Of a stretch of 64,000 nt of DNA, positions 48,851 through 58,789 are shown piece by piece (position 1 is the stretch's first letter; each line of letters opens with the position of its first letter). Source of the stretch: an uncultured delta proteobacterium (GTDB lineage: Bacteria > Desulfobacterota > Binatia > Binatales > Binataceae); assembly GCA_963796565.1 (NCBI GenBank), contig CAWCMA010000008.1:74-64073 (forward strand), read 5' to 3'. The position numbers and the translations under genes were made by a program. The notes under the pieces are model-generated. The model was not told the DNA's origin. It ran no database searches and saw nothing but the letters and a program-made list of their open reading frames with translations.

Positions 48851-49863
48851 TGCGCTTCAGCTCCGCCGAGATTGAGCAGCCGCGCTATCTTCGCCACCAA
48901 TGGCTCGAGTCCCACGCGCTGCTCGGCCGAGACGACGAAGACCGATTCGATCCCATGTTCGGCTGCGAGCGACACCATCGCACTCGCGATCTCGGCCGCG
49001 CGCTCGGCGCCGACGAGGTCGAGCTTGTTGAGCGCGATCAGCGCCGGGCGCGCGGAGAGCATCGGGTCGAACGCCGCGAGTTCGCCGCGCACGGTCAGAA
49101 AATCACGTTCGGGGTCGGCGCTCAGGTCGAGCACGTAGATCAGCACCCACGTGCGCGCGAGATGGCGCAGGAAGCGGATACCCAGGCCGTGGCCGAGATG
49201 CGCGCCCTCGATCAGGCCCGGGATGTCCGCGACGCTGAAGCCGGCGCCGTCGGCAAGTTGAACGCGGCCCAGGTTGGGCGTGAGCGTGGTGAAGGGATAG
49301 GGCGCAATCTTCGGATGCGCCGCGCTGACGGCGGCGAGCAGCGTCGACTTGCCGGCGTTGGGCAGCCCTACGAGGCCGGCGTCGGCCACCAGCCTGAGCT
49401 CAATTCTGACCCAGCGCTGCTCGGCCGGGCCGCCCGGCGTCGCGATTCGCGGCGCGCGGCGGGTCGAGGTGGTGAAGTGCATGTTGCCCTTGCCGCCCAT
49501 CCCGCCATGAGCGACGATCGCGCGCGCCCCCGGCATCACCAGGTCGGCGAGCATCTCGCCGCTTTCCTCGTCGAAGACCAGCGTGCCGGGCGGCACCCGC
49601 ACCACGAGGTCGCCGCCGGCGTGGCCGTATTGCTGTTTGCCGCGGCCCGCCTCGCCGTCGCGCGCGACCAGGCGCGGGTTGTATTTGAAATCGAGCAGCG
49701 TCGCGAGCCCCTCGTTGACTTCGAAGATCACGTCGCCGCCGCGGCCGCCGTCGCCGCCGGCGGGTCCGCCGAAGGGACGGTACTTCTCGCGCAAAAACGC
49801 GATCGCGCCGTCGCCGCCTTTGCCGGCGGCCACGAAGACTCGCGCTTCATCGACAAACTTCAT
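48838..49863 (-). CDS. obgE: GTPase ObgE/CgtA
   Basis: MKFVDEA, GGDGGRGG, GLPNAGKST, YPFTTL, DIPG, NKLD. Confidence 0.98.
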   Translation of the reverse strand: MKFVDEARVFVAAGKGGDGAIAFLREKYRPFGGPAGGDGGRGGDVIFEVNEGLATLLDFKYNPRLVARDGEAGRGKQQYGHAGGDLVVRVPPGTLVFDEESGEMLADLVMPGARAIVAHGGMGGKGNMHFTTSTRRAPRIATPGGPAEQRWVRIELRLVADAGLVGLPNAGKSTLLAAVSAAHPKIAPYPFTTLTPNLGRVQLADGAGFSVADIPGLIEGAHLGHGLGIRFLRHLARTWVLIYVLDLSADPERDFLTVRGELAAFDPMLSARPALIALNKLDLVGAERAAEIASAMVSLAAEHGIESVFVVSAEQRVGLEPLVAKIARLLNLGGAEAQCPR

Positions 49864-49895
49864 CGCTCAGAGTTGCCCGCGATCTCGCGCGACCG

Positions 49896-50918
49896 CTACA
49901 GGAGCAGCTCGGCCAGCGCGCGCAGCGCTTCGACCTGGCGCGTCCCGATAAGCATCGTTTTGACCGGCGAGGCTTTCCAGGCGGCGACGCGCTCGGCGAT
50001 ACGCTCGCGCGGTCCAACCAGAGCGACTTCGTCGACCAGCTTGTCGGGCACGGCGGCGACGGCCGCGTCGCGCTGGCCCGAGAGAAACAGGTCCTGGATT
50101 TTTCGCGCCGCTTCCTCGTAGCCGGCGCGCCGCGCGTAGTCGTTGTAGAAGTTCTTGTCTCGCGCGCCCATCCCGCCGATGTAGAACGCCAGGTTTTGCT
50201 TCACCGGCTCGCGGCATTTCGCCACGTCGGGGCCCATCACGCAGGTCACGAACGGCGCGAGGTCGAATTTGTGCGGGTCGCGCGCGGCGCCAGCCTTGTT
50301 GAAACCGCGCTCGAGGCTCGGCTTGAACAGGTCCCAGCGCTCCGGGTTCATCCACACCGGGATCACGCCGTCGGCGATTTCGGCCGCGAGCGCCACCCCG
50401 CTCGGCGTGATCGACGCCATGTAGATTTCCATGTCGCGCCGGCCGTGCAGGATCGAGTGCAGCGGCTTGCCGAGGCCGGTCGAACCGGGGCCGCGGTACG
50501 GCACCTGGTACTCGGAGCCCTGGAACTCCAAGGGTGCCTCACGGGCGAAAATCTTGCGCAAGATCGCGATGTACTCGCGGTAGCGGACCAACGGCTTGCC
50601 GTACGGCACCCCGTGCCATCCCTCGACCACCTGCGGACCCGACGGCCCGACGCCGAGGATGAAGCGTCCGCCCGACATCGCATCCAGCGTCATCGCGGTC
50701 ATCGCCGTCATCGCGGGTGTGCGCGCCGGCATCTGCATGATCGCCGTGCCGAGGCGAATCTTTTTTGTCAGCGCGCCGACCCAGGCGAGCGGAACGATAG
50801 TGTCCGAGCCCCAGGCCTCGCCGGTCCACACCGAGTCGTAGCCGAGCCGTTCGGCCTCGAGCACCAGGTCGAGCGATTCATGGGAATGGGAAAAGCCGTA
50901 TAGCAATCCGAGTCGCAT
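49896..50918 (-). CDS. LLM-class putative F420-dependent oxidoreductase
   Basis: [33 protein letters not shown]. Confidence 0.9.
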   Translation of the reverse strand: MRLGLLYGFSHSHESLDLVLEAERLGYDSVWTGEAWGSDTIVPLAWVGALTKKIRLGTAIMQMPARTPAMTAMTAMTLDAMSGGRFILGVGPSGPQVVEGWHGVPYGKPLVRYREYIAILRKIFAREAPLEFQGSEYQVPYRGPGSTGLGKPLHSILHGRRDMEIYMASITPSGVALAAEIADGVIPVWMNPERWDLFKPSLERGFNKAGAARDPHKFDLAPFVTCVMGPDVAKCREPVKQNLAFYIGGMGARDKNFYNDYARRAGYEEAARKIQDLFLSGQRDAAVAAVPDKLVDEVALVGPRERIAERVAAWKASPVKTMLIGTRQVEALRALAELLL

Positions 50919-50984
50919 CGTGAGTCCCTCTCAGAGTTCGTCAGTCGATTGCGCGAGTGGCCACATCCGTAGCCGTAAATAAGC

Positions 50985-51014
50985 AAAAAGCCCCGCGGCG
51001 AGGCCGCGGGGCTT
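50985..51014 (-). terminator. Intrinsic terminator after rpmA
   Basis: AAGCCCCGCGGC/GCCGCGGGGCTT stem with a T-run on the minus strand. Confidence 0.8.
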
Positions 51015-51043
51015 GGAATTCGAAACTCTAAGCCGTGCCGGCC

Positions 51044-51361
51044 CTAGGCTTGTGCTTCGGCCAGTGGTTCGGTTGCCGCTTCTTCACGATATGGGCTAGC
51101 CGGAGCGGCCGCCGGTTCGATTCGCACGCGCCGCTTGTCGGTGCGGTAGGTCTCGTATTTGACCACGCCGTCGATCAGCGCGTAAAGCGTGAAGTCGCGG
51201 CCCATCCCGACGTTGCGTCCCGGATGAACCCGCGTGCCGACCTGGCGGACCAGGATGTTGCCGGCGCGAACGGTCTCACCGGCGTAGATCTTGATCCCGC
51301 GACGCTGTCCCGGACTGTCGCGGCCGTTGCGCGTCGAGCCTTGTCCCTTCTTATGCGCCAC
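51044..51361 (-). CDS. rpmA: 50S ribosomal protein L27
   Basis: (GTG)[15 protein letters not shown]...GNILVRQ...DFTLYA. Confidence 0.97.
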   Translation of the reverse strand: MAHKKGQGSTRNGRDSPGQRRGIKIYAGETVRAGNILVRQVGTRVHPGRNVGMGRDFTLYALIDGVVKYETYRTDKRRVRIEPAAAPASPYREEAATEPLAEAQA

Positions 51362-51423
51362 GAGCCTGTCTCCCTCTGATCCAGCCGGCACCTTGGGCCG
51401 GCGAAAAAAACTTCATGCCGGCG

Positions 51424-51744
51424 TTACGCCGCGCCCCGCCTGATTTCTTCGATCTTGAGCACGGTCAGTTCCTGGCGATGGCCGCGCTTGCGCCGGTAAT
51501 TCTTGCGCTTTTTCTTTTTGAACACGATGACCTTGGTGCCGCGCGGCTGCTGAACGATTCGCGCGCGCACGGCCGCGTCTGGCACCACGGGCGTGCCGAT
51601 AACCGGGGCTTCATCGCCGCCGATCGCGAGCACGTCGCCCAATTCGATATGCGTCCCGACATCGCCCACGATGCGCTCGACGGTTATCTGGTCGCCGACG
51701 CCGACGCGGTACTGCTTTCCGCCTGTTCTTACGATTGCAAACAT
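51424..51744 (-). CDS. rplU: 50S ribosomal protein L21
   Basis: [12 protein letters not shown]...[11 protein letters not shown]. Confidence 0.98.
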   Translation of the reverse strand: MFAIVRTGGKQYRVGVGDQITVERIVGDVGTHIELGDVLAIGGDEAPVIGTPVVPDAAVRARIVQQPRGTKVIVFKKKKRKNYRRKRGHRQELTVLKIEEIRRGAA

Positions 51745-51869
51745 GCTTTGGTCCGAACCCTCTTAGCTACCGGACGCGAGCCGCCGTGTCAAATATGTCC
51801 CATATCGACGAAACGCAGCCCTAACGGACTGCGTTCCATCACAAACGCCGTGGTGAAGCCGGCTTTGCT

Positions 51870-52406
51870 TCAGTCGAGGCCCAGGCGCTCGCGGCCTTCA
51901 GGCGAGATCATCTGCGGAGTCCACGGCGGATCCCACACCAAATCGACGTTGGCCTCCGCGACGCCGGGGAGCGCGAGCAGCTTCTGGCGCGCGTCGATCG
52001 CGATCGACGCCCCCATCCCGCAGCCCTGCGCAGTGAGCGTCATCTTGACGTCGACTCGTTTGGCGTCCCCGTCCATCGGCGCCACTTCCATCGCGTAGAC
52101 CAATCCGAGGTCGACGATGTTGACCGGAATCTCGGGGTCGTAGCACGTCTTGAGCTGCTCCCAGACCATCGCCTCGAGGTCGCCTGAGGCGGATGCTGGC
52201 GAAGCGGCGTCCTCGGAACTTTTGCCGAGCGCGTCGGCGTCCTTGCCGGTGATGCGATAGAGTCCGCCGTAGGCCGGCACCTGCACGGTGAAGCTGCCGC
52301 CGAGCGACTGGGTGATGAAGACCTCGAGGCCTTTTTCCAATGTGATCGGACTGCCGAGCGGCACCTGGACCGCCTCACACTCGCGGATGAGTTCAACTCG
52401 TTCCAT
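51870..52406 (-). CDS. sufT: Putative Fe-S assembly protein SufT (DUF59)
   Basis: ITQSLGGSFT, YDPEIPVNIVDLGL, MTLTAQGCGMG, WDPPW. Confidence 0.9.
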   Translation of the reverse strand: MERVELIRECEAVQVPLGSPITLEKGLEVFITQSLGGSFTVQVPAYGGLYRITGKDADALGKSSEDAASPASASGDLEAMVWEQLKTCYDPEIPVNIVDLGLVYAMEVAPMDGDAKRVDVKMTLTAQGCGMGASIAIDARQKLLALPGVAEANVDLVWDPPWTPQMISPEGRERLGLD

Positions 52407-52528
52407 CGATAGTTACCTTGTTCGTTTTCGTACTGGTTGTATCTAATTCTAGGCGCTCGGAGGCTCAAGCGCCAGTTGCTTGAAAATAGGGTTCGGCGCA
52501 CGCGCCGGCCGTGATAGAGAAAGGCATT

Positions 52529-53236
52529 ATGGGGAAGATTCAGCTTTATCAGTTTGCTCCGCTGGGCGATCAGGAATCGGCCTCGCCATTTTGCGTCAAA
52601 GTCCGCAATGCGATGCGCTACAAGCGCATCGCGTTCGAGACCATCAACGCTTCCTCCCCGATACAGGTGCGCAAGCTCAACCCGCGCGGCAAGCTGCCGG
52701 TGATGATCGACGGTGAGGTGAAGCTCGCCGATTCCAGCGACATGATCCGTCATCTCGAAACGCGTCATCCGGAGCCGCGGCTCTATCCGCAGGATCCGCG
52801 GACGTGCGCGATGGCCCTGATGCTGGAAGACTGGGCCGACGAATCGCTCTATTGGCACGTCGTGTATGAACGCTGGCAAATCTCCGAACAGTTCGCGAAG
52901 GTCGCCGAGATTTTCTTCGAACCGGTGCCAGCCCTGGTCAGGCCAATGATAAAGCTCGCCGTCGCGCGGCAAATCCGCAGGCAGTTGCGTGCGCAGGGGT
53001 TTGGACGGTTGGGAGTCGACGAGCAGCGCGAGAAATTCAGGGCCGCGCTCGATTGGCTGGAGTCGATGGTCGACGGACAATTTCTATGCGGCGCGGAATT
53101 GTCGATCGCCGACGTTGCGGTGGCGGCGCAAGTCGGGGCGCTGAATATTCCGTTTACGCCGGTGGCCGAGGCGGAAATTCACGCGCACGCCAAGGTAATG
53201 CACTGGCTCGAGCGGACCTTCGAGGCGGTCGGCTAG
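52529..53236 (+). CDS. Glutathione S-transferase family protein
   Basis: SPFCVKV, NPRGKLPV, DSS, EDWADE, SIAD. Confidence 0.9.
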   Translation: MGKIQLYQFAPLGDQESASPFCVKVRNAMRYKRIAFETINASSPIQVRKLNPRGKLPVMIDGEVKLADSSDMIRHLETRHPEPRLYPQDPRTCAMALMLEDWADESLYWHVVYERWQISEQFAKVAEIFFEPVPALVRPMIKLAVARQIRRQLRAQGFGRLGVDEQREKFRAALDWLESMVDGQFLCGAELSIADVAVAAQVGALNIPFTPVAEAEIHAHAKVMHWLERTFEAVG

Positions 53237-53268
53237 CGAGACGTTTCATCGAAAAGTCGCAGACAACA

Positions 53269-53387
53269 GTCATCCTGAGCGAGCGTTGCGCGAGTCGAAG
53301 GACCCCGGACCCTTCTGAGCTGCGTAGCGCAAGCTCGGCATGAGAGGACCCCGGGGTCCCTCGGCTCGCAGACTTGCTCGGGATGAC
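53269..53387. repeat. REP-like palindromic element GTCATCCTGAGC...GCTCGGGATGAC
   Basis: Terminal inverted repeats; same family as 16102-16184. Confidence 0.75.
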
Positions 53388-53465
53388 AGAAGTGCTTCGC
53401 GAAACCTGCGTGAAGTAGGCCGTGCCATCGGCGGCGCGGAGGAGGCGGCGGAAGATTCAGTCACC

Positions 53466-54012
53466 CTAAGATAGAGTCTTGATCAAGTCATCGATTTCGA
53501 GCTTGCCAAGTGTTATATGGAAGCACCGAGCGATGTCCCTATACTTGTCGAGGAAATATTCCCACGTATCTTGATTTGTCTTCTTTTGAAACCAGTTAGA
53601 CGGAGCGGCCAGCAACATCGCTCGACGAATATCCGGCATCCCGTCGGGTTTTTCTGCCGTAGCGCATAATAGGTGTAGAAAATAACGTATAATCTGCGAA
53701 TCGTATTTTCCGCGACGCAATGCTTGCTGGTCCCGCTTGACTTCAATGTAAATCCGGTTTTGGTGGGATTGCGACGAACGCAAAACGATGTCGATAGTAT
53801 TTTTCCCCATGAGGTCGATCATAAATTCCGGTTTAAGATTGAAATCGCTGGTGTCCACGAGAGTCTCGAACGATCGATCTCCTATCAGGATCATAAAGGG
53901 TTTTAGCGCCGCTTGTGCCCTGATCGATTTTGAAACCAGTTACAAATGCGGGATTGCCTTTGGCGGCATTCAGTCGAGCAACGAGAGCCTGTTGGATCTG
54001 AGCTTCATACAT
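53466..54012 (-). pseudogene. Low-GC PD-(D/E)XK nuclease-like gene, apparently frameshifted near 53940
   Basis: IDIVL...IYIEVK...SQIIRY motif in 53466-53894; the upstream MYEAQIQQAL... frame joins by a 1-nt shift. Confidence 0.5.
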
Positions 54013-54192
54013 GTGGTTCGCTCCCAAGGGCTTCCCACGCAGCAAGTTTGCCGCCACGTTAGAGCCTTTTTCCGAATTTTTGCAACTTCGACGGCTCGGG
54101 TGTAAAAGACAGAGACTCCGATATTCCCAGTCGCGCAAATTCGATCCTGTGCAGCGGCCAGCGCTGGTGGCAGATGGAGAGTTGCGACGCCT

Positions 54193-54477
54193 ATGAGCGA
54201 ACTGTTTAGGAATTCAGGAAAACTTCACCGGGTTTGCTGCGAGTGGTGCGGGCTCGCGATGACCTGCGACTGTTTCGATGGCAATGACCCCAAGCGTGAT
54301 GGGCATATCATAATCCTCTGCCCTAAATGTCAGGTCGCCGATCTTCTCAATTTGATCTTTGGAGAAGAGGACCTAAGGTCAATACTCCTTTCGAAAATAG
54401 ACAGGTCGGGAGTACCCGCTACGCGGGAAATCGCCCGAAACTTAACGTCGCGGCCCAAATTGCGAATTGTTCATTAA
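54193..54477 (+). CDS. Small Cys-rich hypothetical protein
   Basis: CEWC...CDC...CPKC; in a low-GC islet. Confidence 0.5.
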   Translation: MSELFRNSGKLHRVCCEWCGLAMTCDCFDGNDPKRDGHIIILCPKCQVADLLNLIFGEEDLRSILLSKIDRSGVPATREIARNLTSRPKLRIVH

Positions 54478-54642
54478 GGTGAGGGGTGAGTCCTTTGACA
54501 GGCCGAAGCACCATCAGAGGTCTTAAACCACGATGCAGGAGACTCGCCATGAAATAGATACACGTAATGCTGCAGGCGTTAGACGCATCCACAGCGGTGT
54601 TCAGGCCGTTCCGCGTGGTAGCAGGTCTGTCAGTGGGAGTTC

Positions 54643-55254
54643 CTATTTCGCAAAATCTTGCGTCACGTAGGCCGTGCCGTCGGCGGCGTGCGCTACCCCG
54701 ACGCCGGTCGTGGCGAAATCCCGCGAGAGCATGTTGGCGCGATGCTCGGGGCTGCCGAGCCATCCCTGGACCGTGTGCTCGGCCAGTTTCATGCGGTCGG
54801 TGTCGCGGTCCATGTAGAGATTTTCGCCCAGCGCCTTGGAGTCGACGCCGACGCCGCGCAGGCGCTCGGCGGGAGTGTCGCCGGCGGGGCCGTTGTGGCC
54901 GATATACTTGCGCAGCGCCATGTCGTAGCTGTGGCCCCGCGAAGCCAGTATCAGGCGCTGCGAGGATTTAAGCGGCGGCGCGCCTCCGCGCTTGCGCTCG
55001 TCGTTGACCAGCCGCAAAATTTCGGCCTCCTGCACGCTCATGCCCGCCGTCAGATCCGGCGCGAGCCCGATGAGCGGCAGGAAGTAGAGCCACACCAGCG
55101 CTGCGCCCGCCGCCGCCATTCCCAGCGACGCGATTCCTATTCCGACCGCGCGGCGATTTTTCCGGCGCCGCCGTCCGGCCGGGAGTGGGATCACTTTGGC
55201 CGGGCCTTTTGGAATTCGTACCGTTTTGCGTCCGCTTGCCGAATGGACACTCAT
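54643..55254 (-). CDS. CAP/SCP domain membrane-anchored protein
   Basis: LVNDER, HSYDM, GENL, WLGSPEHRANML, GVGV, YVTQDF. Confidence 0.92.
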   Translation of the reverse strand: MSVHSASGRKTVRIPKGPAKVIPLPAGRRRRKNRRAVGIGIASLGMAAAGAALVWLYFLPLIGLAPDLTAGMSVQEAEILRLVNDERKRGGAPPLKSSQRLILASRGHSYDMALRKYIGHNGPAGDTPAERLRGVGVDSKALGENLYMDRDTDRMKLAEHTVQGWLGSPEHRANMLSRDFATTGVGVAHAADGTAYVTQDFAK

Positions 55255-55297
55255 TGCGGTGGCTCACTAAAGTATCGACGCCGCGCTCGCGCGGGTT

Positions 55298-56029
55298 TTA
55301 GAATTTCTCCTTGAACGGGCGCACGTCCAACTCCTGGCTCCACGCGCTCGGGTCCTGGTTGGCGAGGTACCAGTAGGCTTCCGCGATCGCGTCAGGCTTG
55401 AGCAGGTCCTCGTCCTTTAGCGAGGACATCCGGGCCCGGATGTGCGGGATGTCGATGATGCCGTCGACGTTGACGTAGGCGACGTGGATTCCGCGCGGAC
55501 CGAGATCGCGCGCCAGCGACTGCGCGAGTCCCCGCACCGCGAACTTGGCCGGTCCAAACGCGGCCGACTTAGGTCCCGCCTTGATTCCCGCCGTCGCGCC
55601 GGTGAACAACATCACGCCGCGCCGCTTCGCGATCATGTCGGGCACGGCCTGTTTGGCGCACAGAAACGCGCCGTAGGCGTTGGTCCGCCATGAGTCCTCG
55701 TATTGCTGGGCTGTGATCTCGGTGATCGTTCCCCAGTTGCCGCTGCCCGCGTTGTACAGCAGCACCTCGGGCGCGCCGAGTTTCGCACGCACGGTGTCGA
55801 AAGCGCGGGCTATCTGCTCCGCGTCGCCGACGTCGGCGGTGACCGCCAGTGTACGGCCGCCGGCTGCATTGACCTCGGCGGAGAGCCCGTCCATGAACGC
55901 GCGCGAGCGCGCGATCATCGCTACGCCGTGCCCACCCTGGGCGAAGCGGCGCACCAGCGCGGCGCCGAGACCCGGGCCGACTCCGACCGCGATAGCGACT
56001 CCTGGCTGATTTGCTTGCGGGGCCATCAA
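55298..56029 (-). CDS. Short-chain dehydrogenase/reductase (atypical FxxxK)
   Basis: GVGPGLG, YNAG, FTGAT, FGPAK, WSQELDVRP. Confidence 0.92.
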   Translation of the reverse strand: MMAPQANQPGVAIAVGVGPGLGAALVRRFAQGGHGVAMIARSRAFMDGLSAEVNAAGGRTLAVTADVGDAEQIARAFDTVRAKLGAPEVLLYNAGSGNWGTITEITAQQYEDSWRTNAYGAFLCAKQAVPDMIAKRRGVMLFTGATAGIKAGPKSAAFGPAKFAVRGLAQSLARDLGPRGIHVAYVNVDGIIDIPHIRARMSSLKDEDLLKPDAIAEAYWYLANQDPSAWSQELDVRPFKEKF

Positions 56030-56069
56030 ATCTCCCCCAACGGCGGCCGAAGCAGCCGATACACGTTCG

Positions 56070-57038
56070 CTAAGGTACGAGTACCAATTTACCTACTGAT
56101 TGTCGCGATTGCAGCAGGCGATGCGCCTCGGCGGCCTCGGCAAGCGGAAAACTTTTGCCGATCACCAGCTTGAGCTTCTTCTCGCGCATGAGCGCGAAGG
56201 ATTTCTCGATTCCAGTGCGCATCACGTCGGGCATCCTGGACACCACCGGCAGCACGAAGCCGCTCACCTTGGCCGACTTCTCGAACAGCCGGAGCACGTT
56301 GAGCGGGTCGGGCGCTCCGCCGGCGCGCCCATACAGCAGCAGATGGCCAAACGGGGCGAGGCACTTGAGCCCCGCCTCGAAGGTCGGCTTGCCTACCGCG
56401 TCCAGGATCAGGTCGGCGCCGCGCCCCTCCGTCAGGCGCATCGTTTCGGCGGCGAAGTCTGAGCTTTCGTAGTTGATTACCTCGTCGGCGCCGTACCGCT
56501 TGACCAGTGCGATCTTGGAATCGCTCGACACGGTGCCGATTACGCGCGCGCCGGCCGCCTTGGCGATCTGCACCGCGACGATTCCGACGCCGCCGGCGGC
56601 GGAGTGCACCACCACGGTCTGGCCCGGGCCCGTGTTGTGCGAGGTATGCAGGATGTGCCAGGCGGTCAGCACCTGGATGGGGAAGGCGGCGCCCTCCTCG
56701 AAGCTGACGAAGTCGGGCAGTGGAATCGCCTGCGAGGCACGGATCAGACAGTATTCGGCGTAGGCTTTGAGCGTGATCGAGGTGACGCGCATCCCGACCT
56801 TGAGATCCTTCACGTCGGGCGCGACCGCCTCGATCACTCCGGCCGCTTCCATCCCCGGCGTGTCGGGCAGCCGCGGCTTGATCATGTACTCGCCGCGGAT
56901 AAAAAAGGTGTCGGCGAAGTTGATTCCGGCGGCATGCACCTTGACCAGCGCGGTGCCGGGCGTGACCTCGGGCTTGGGCGTCTCGACGTACTTGAGCACG
57001 CTGGGGTCGCCGGTCTGTTCAAAAACGATAGCCTTCAC
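56070..57038 (-). CDS. NADPH:quinone oxidoreductase (zeta-crystallin/MDR)
   Basis: GINFAD, PGMEAAG, AAGGVG, GKLVL. Confidence 0.93.
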   Translation of the reverse strand: MKAIVFEQTGDPSVLKYVETPKPEVTPGTALVKVHAAGINFADTFFIRGEYMIKPRLPDTPGMEAAGVIEAVAPDVKDLKVGMRVTSITLKAYAEYCLIRASQAIPLPDFVSFEEGAAFPIQVLTAWHILHTSHNTGPGQTVVVHSAAGGVGIVAVQIAKAAGARVIGTVSSDSKIALVKRYGADEVINYESSDFAAETMRLTEGRGADLILDAVGKPTFEAGLKCLAPFGHLLLYGRAGGAPDPLNVLRLFEKSAKVSGFVLPVVSRMPDVMRTGIEKSFALMREKKLKLVIGKSFPLAEAAEAHRLLQSRQSVGKLVLVP

Positions 57039-57203
57039 CTGATGCGCTCCCTTCGGATTCCTAACGCGGATCGATATTGGTTAATTCCCTTGGAGCAAAT
57101 CGGGTTCCATCTTGCAACCGCGATTCGGTCGCCTATGCGATTATGATTGCCCGCGTATGAGATATCATGGGGCATAACGCTATGGAGGACGACGGAACTG
57201 GCG

Positions 57204-57830
57204 ATGCTTGACCTGGTTATCTTCGACGCTGACGGCGTGCTGTTCGAGTCGGTCGAATCCAATATTGCCTACTACAACGCGATCTTCGCCGAAATCGGCG
57301 AACCACCGCTCAGCCCCAACGAGGAGCACGCGTGCATCTTCCTGGCCGCGATGTCGGTCTTCGAGCTGCGCGCGCGCGAGGACACGGCCAAGCTTGCGCG
57401 GATGCGGGAGGTCGCGCGGACGATGGACTTCACCCCGTTCTTCAAGCTCCTGCGCCCGCCCCTCGAGCTGCGGCCGTTCCTGCTTGACTTGAAGCGCCGC
57501 TATCGGGTGGCGCTCGCGACCAACCGCTCGGCCACGACTCACGGACTGATCGAGCATCTCGGCCTGGGCGGCGTGTTCGACGCGGTGGCGAGCGCGCACG
57601 ACAAGGTTCGCCCCAAGCCCGCACCCGACATCGTGCGCCTGTGCCTGGAGCGCGCGGGCGTCACCCCCGAACGCGCGGTGTACGTCGGCGACAGCCAAAT
57701 CGACGTCGAAGCGGCGAGCGGTGCGGGAGTGCACTTCCTCGGCGTCGGCGCGCGCGTCGTCCATGCGCATCTCGTGGCGACGCTGGACGAGGTGCCGGCC
57801 GCGCTGGAGCGGAGGTTCAAGCAGCCGTAA
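57204..57830 (+). CDS. HAD-family hydrolase
   Basis: FDADGVL, ATN, KPAP, YVGDS..D. Confidence 0.92.
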   Translation: MLDLVIFDADGVLFESVESNIAYYNAIFAEIGEPPLSPNEEHACIFLAAMSVFELRAREDTAKLARMREVARTMDFTPFFKLLRPPLELRPFLLDLKRRYRVALATNRSATTHGLIEHLGLGGVFDAVASAHDKVRPKPAPDIVRLCLERAGVTPERAVYVGDSQIDVEAASGAGVHFLGVGARVVHAHLVATLDEVPAALERRFKQP

Positions 57831-57842
57831 GTGTTCCATCCG

Positions 57843-57884
57843 CCCCCTCACCCTGGTTCTCTCCCCCTTGAAGGAGGGCGAGGG
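57843..57884. repeat. REP-like CCCCTCACCC...CTCTCCC...GGGCGAGGG element
   Basis: Imperfect GC-rich palindrome between convergent genes. Confidence 0.55.
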
Positions 57885-57949
57885 CATTGAGAAAGGGAGT
57901 GGAGCGGAGAAGCGGAACCGCCCTCCCTGGAAGAGGACGCTGGCCGCAA

Positions 57950-58687
57950 CTAGATCGGGCGTGGTGGCCGCGCCGCTTCGGCCTCCGGCGACTCGGACAT
58001 CAGCGATCGATAGAGTGCCCCGCCGATGATCGCGCCGACGATGGGAGCCACCCAAAACAGCCACAGTTGCTCGATCGCCCATCCGCCCACGAACAGCGCC
58101 GGTCCGGTGCTGCGCGCGGGATTCACCGACGTGTTGGTTACCGGGATGCTGATCAGATGGATCAGCGTCAGCACCAATCCGATCGGAATCGGCGCGAAGC
58201 CGGCCGGAACGCGCGGGTCGGTCGCTCCCATTATCACGAACAGGAACATCAGGGTCATCACGACCTCGCATACGGCCGCCGAGGCGAGGTTGTAGCCGCC
58301 GGGCGAGTGCGCGCCATAGCCGTTGGACGCGAAGCCGCCGGCCAGGCTGAAGCCGGGCGCGCCGCTGGCGATGACGTAGAGCACGGCGGCGGCGAAGATT
58401 CCTCCGAGCACTTGCGCGATTATATAGGGAGCGAGTTCCTTGCCCGGAAAGCGGCCGCCGGCCCACAAGCCGAAGCTCACCGCGGGATTGATGTGGCATC
58501 CGGAGATGTGCCCGATGGCGTATGCCATCGTCAGCAGCGTAAGCCCGAAGGCCAGCGCGACTCCGGCGAAGCCGATTCCGAGATGCGGAAAGCCGGCAGC
58601 CAGCACCGCGCTACCGCATCCGCCCAGCACCAGCCAAAACGTCCCGATGAACTCCGCACTCGCGCGCCGCGACAGGCTCATGGCCAT
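57950..58687 (-). CDS. aqpZ: Aquaporin Z
   Basis: [18 protein letters not shown], two NPA motifs, [14 protein letters not shown]. Confidence 0.97.
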   Translation of the reverse strand: MAMSLSRRASAEFIGTFWLVLGGCGSAVLAAGFPHLGIGFAGVALAFGLTLLTMAYAIGHISGCHINPAVSFGLWAGGRFPGKELAPYIIAQVLGGIFAAAVLYVIASGAPGFSLAGGFASNGYGAHSPGGYNLASAAVCEVVMTLMFLFVIMGATDPRVPAGFAPIPIGLVLTLIHLISIPVTNTSVNPARSTGPALFVGGWAIEQLWLFWVAPIVGAIIGGALYRSLMSESPEAEAARPPRPI

Positions 58688-58789
58688 AAATGGTTCCCCT
58701 GCGATCCGATTTTGGAAGAGCCTATTTGTTTGGCAGGGTTAAGTCTGCATTCATTTCTGATCGCGATGTGAACCTTACGTTGTCCGCGC

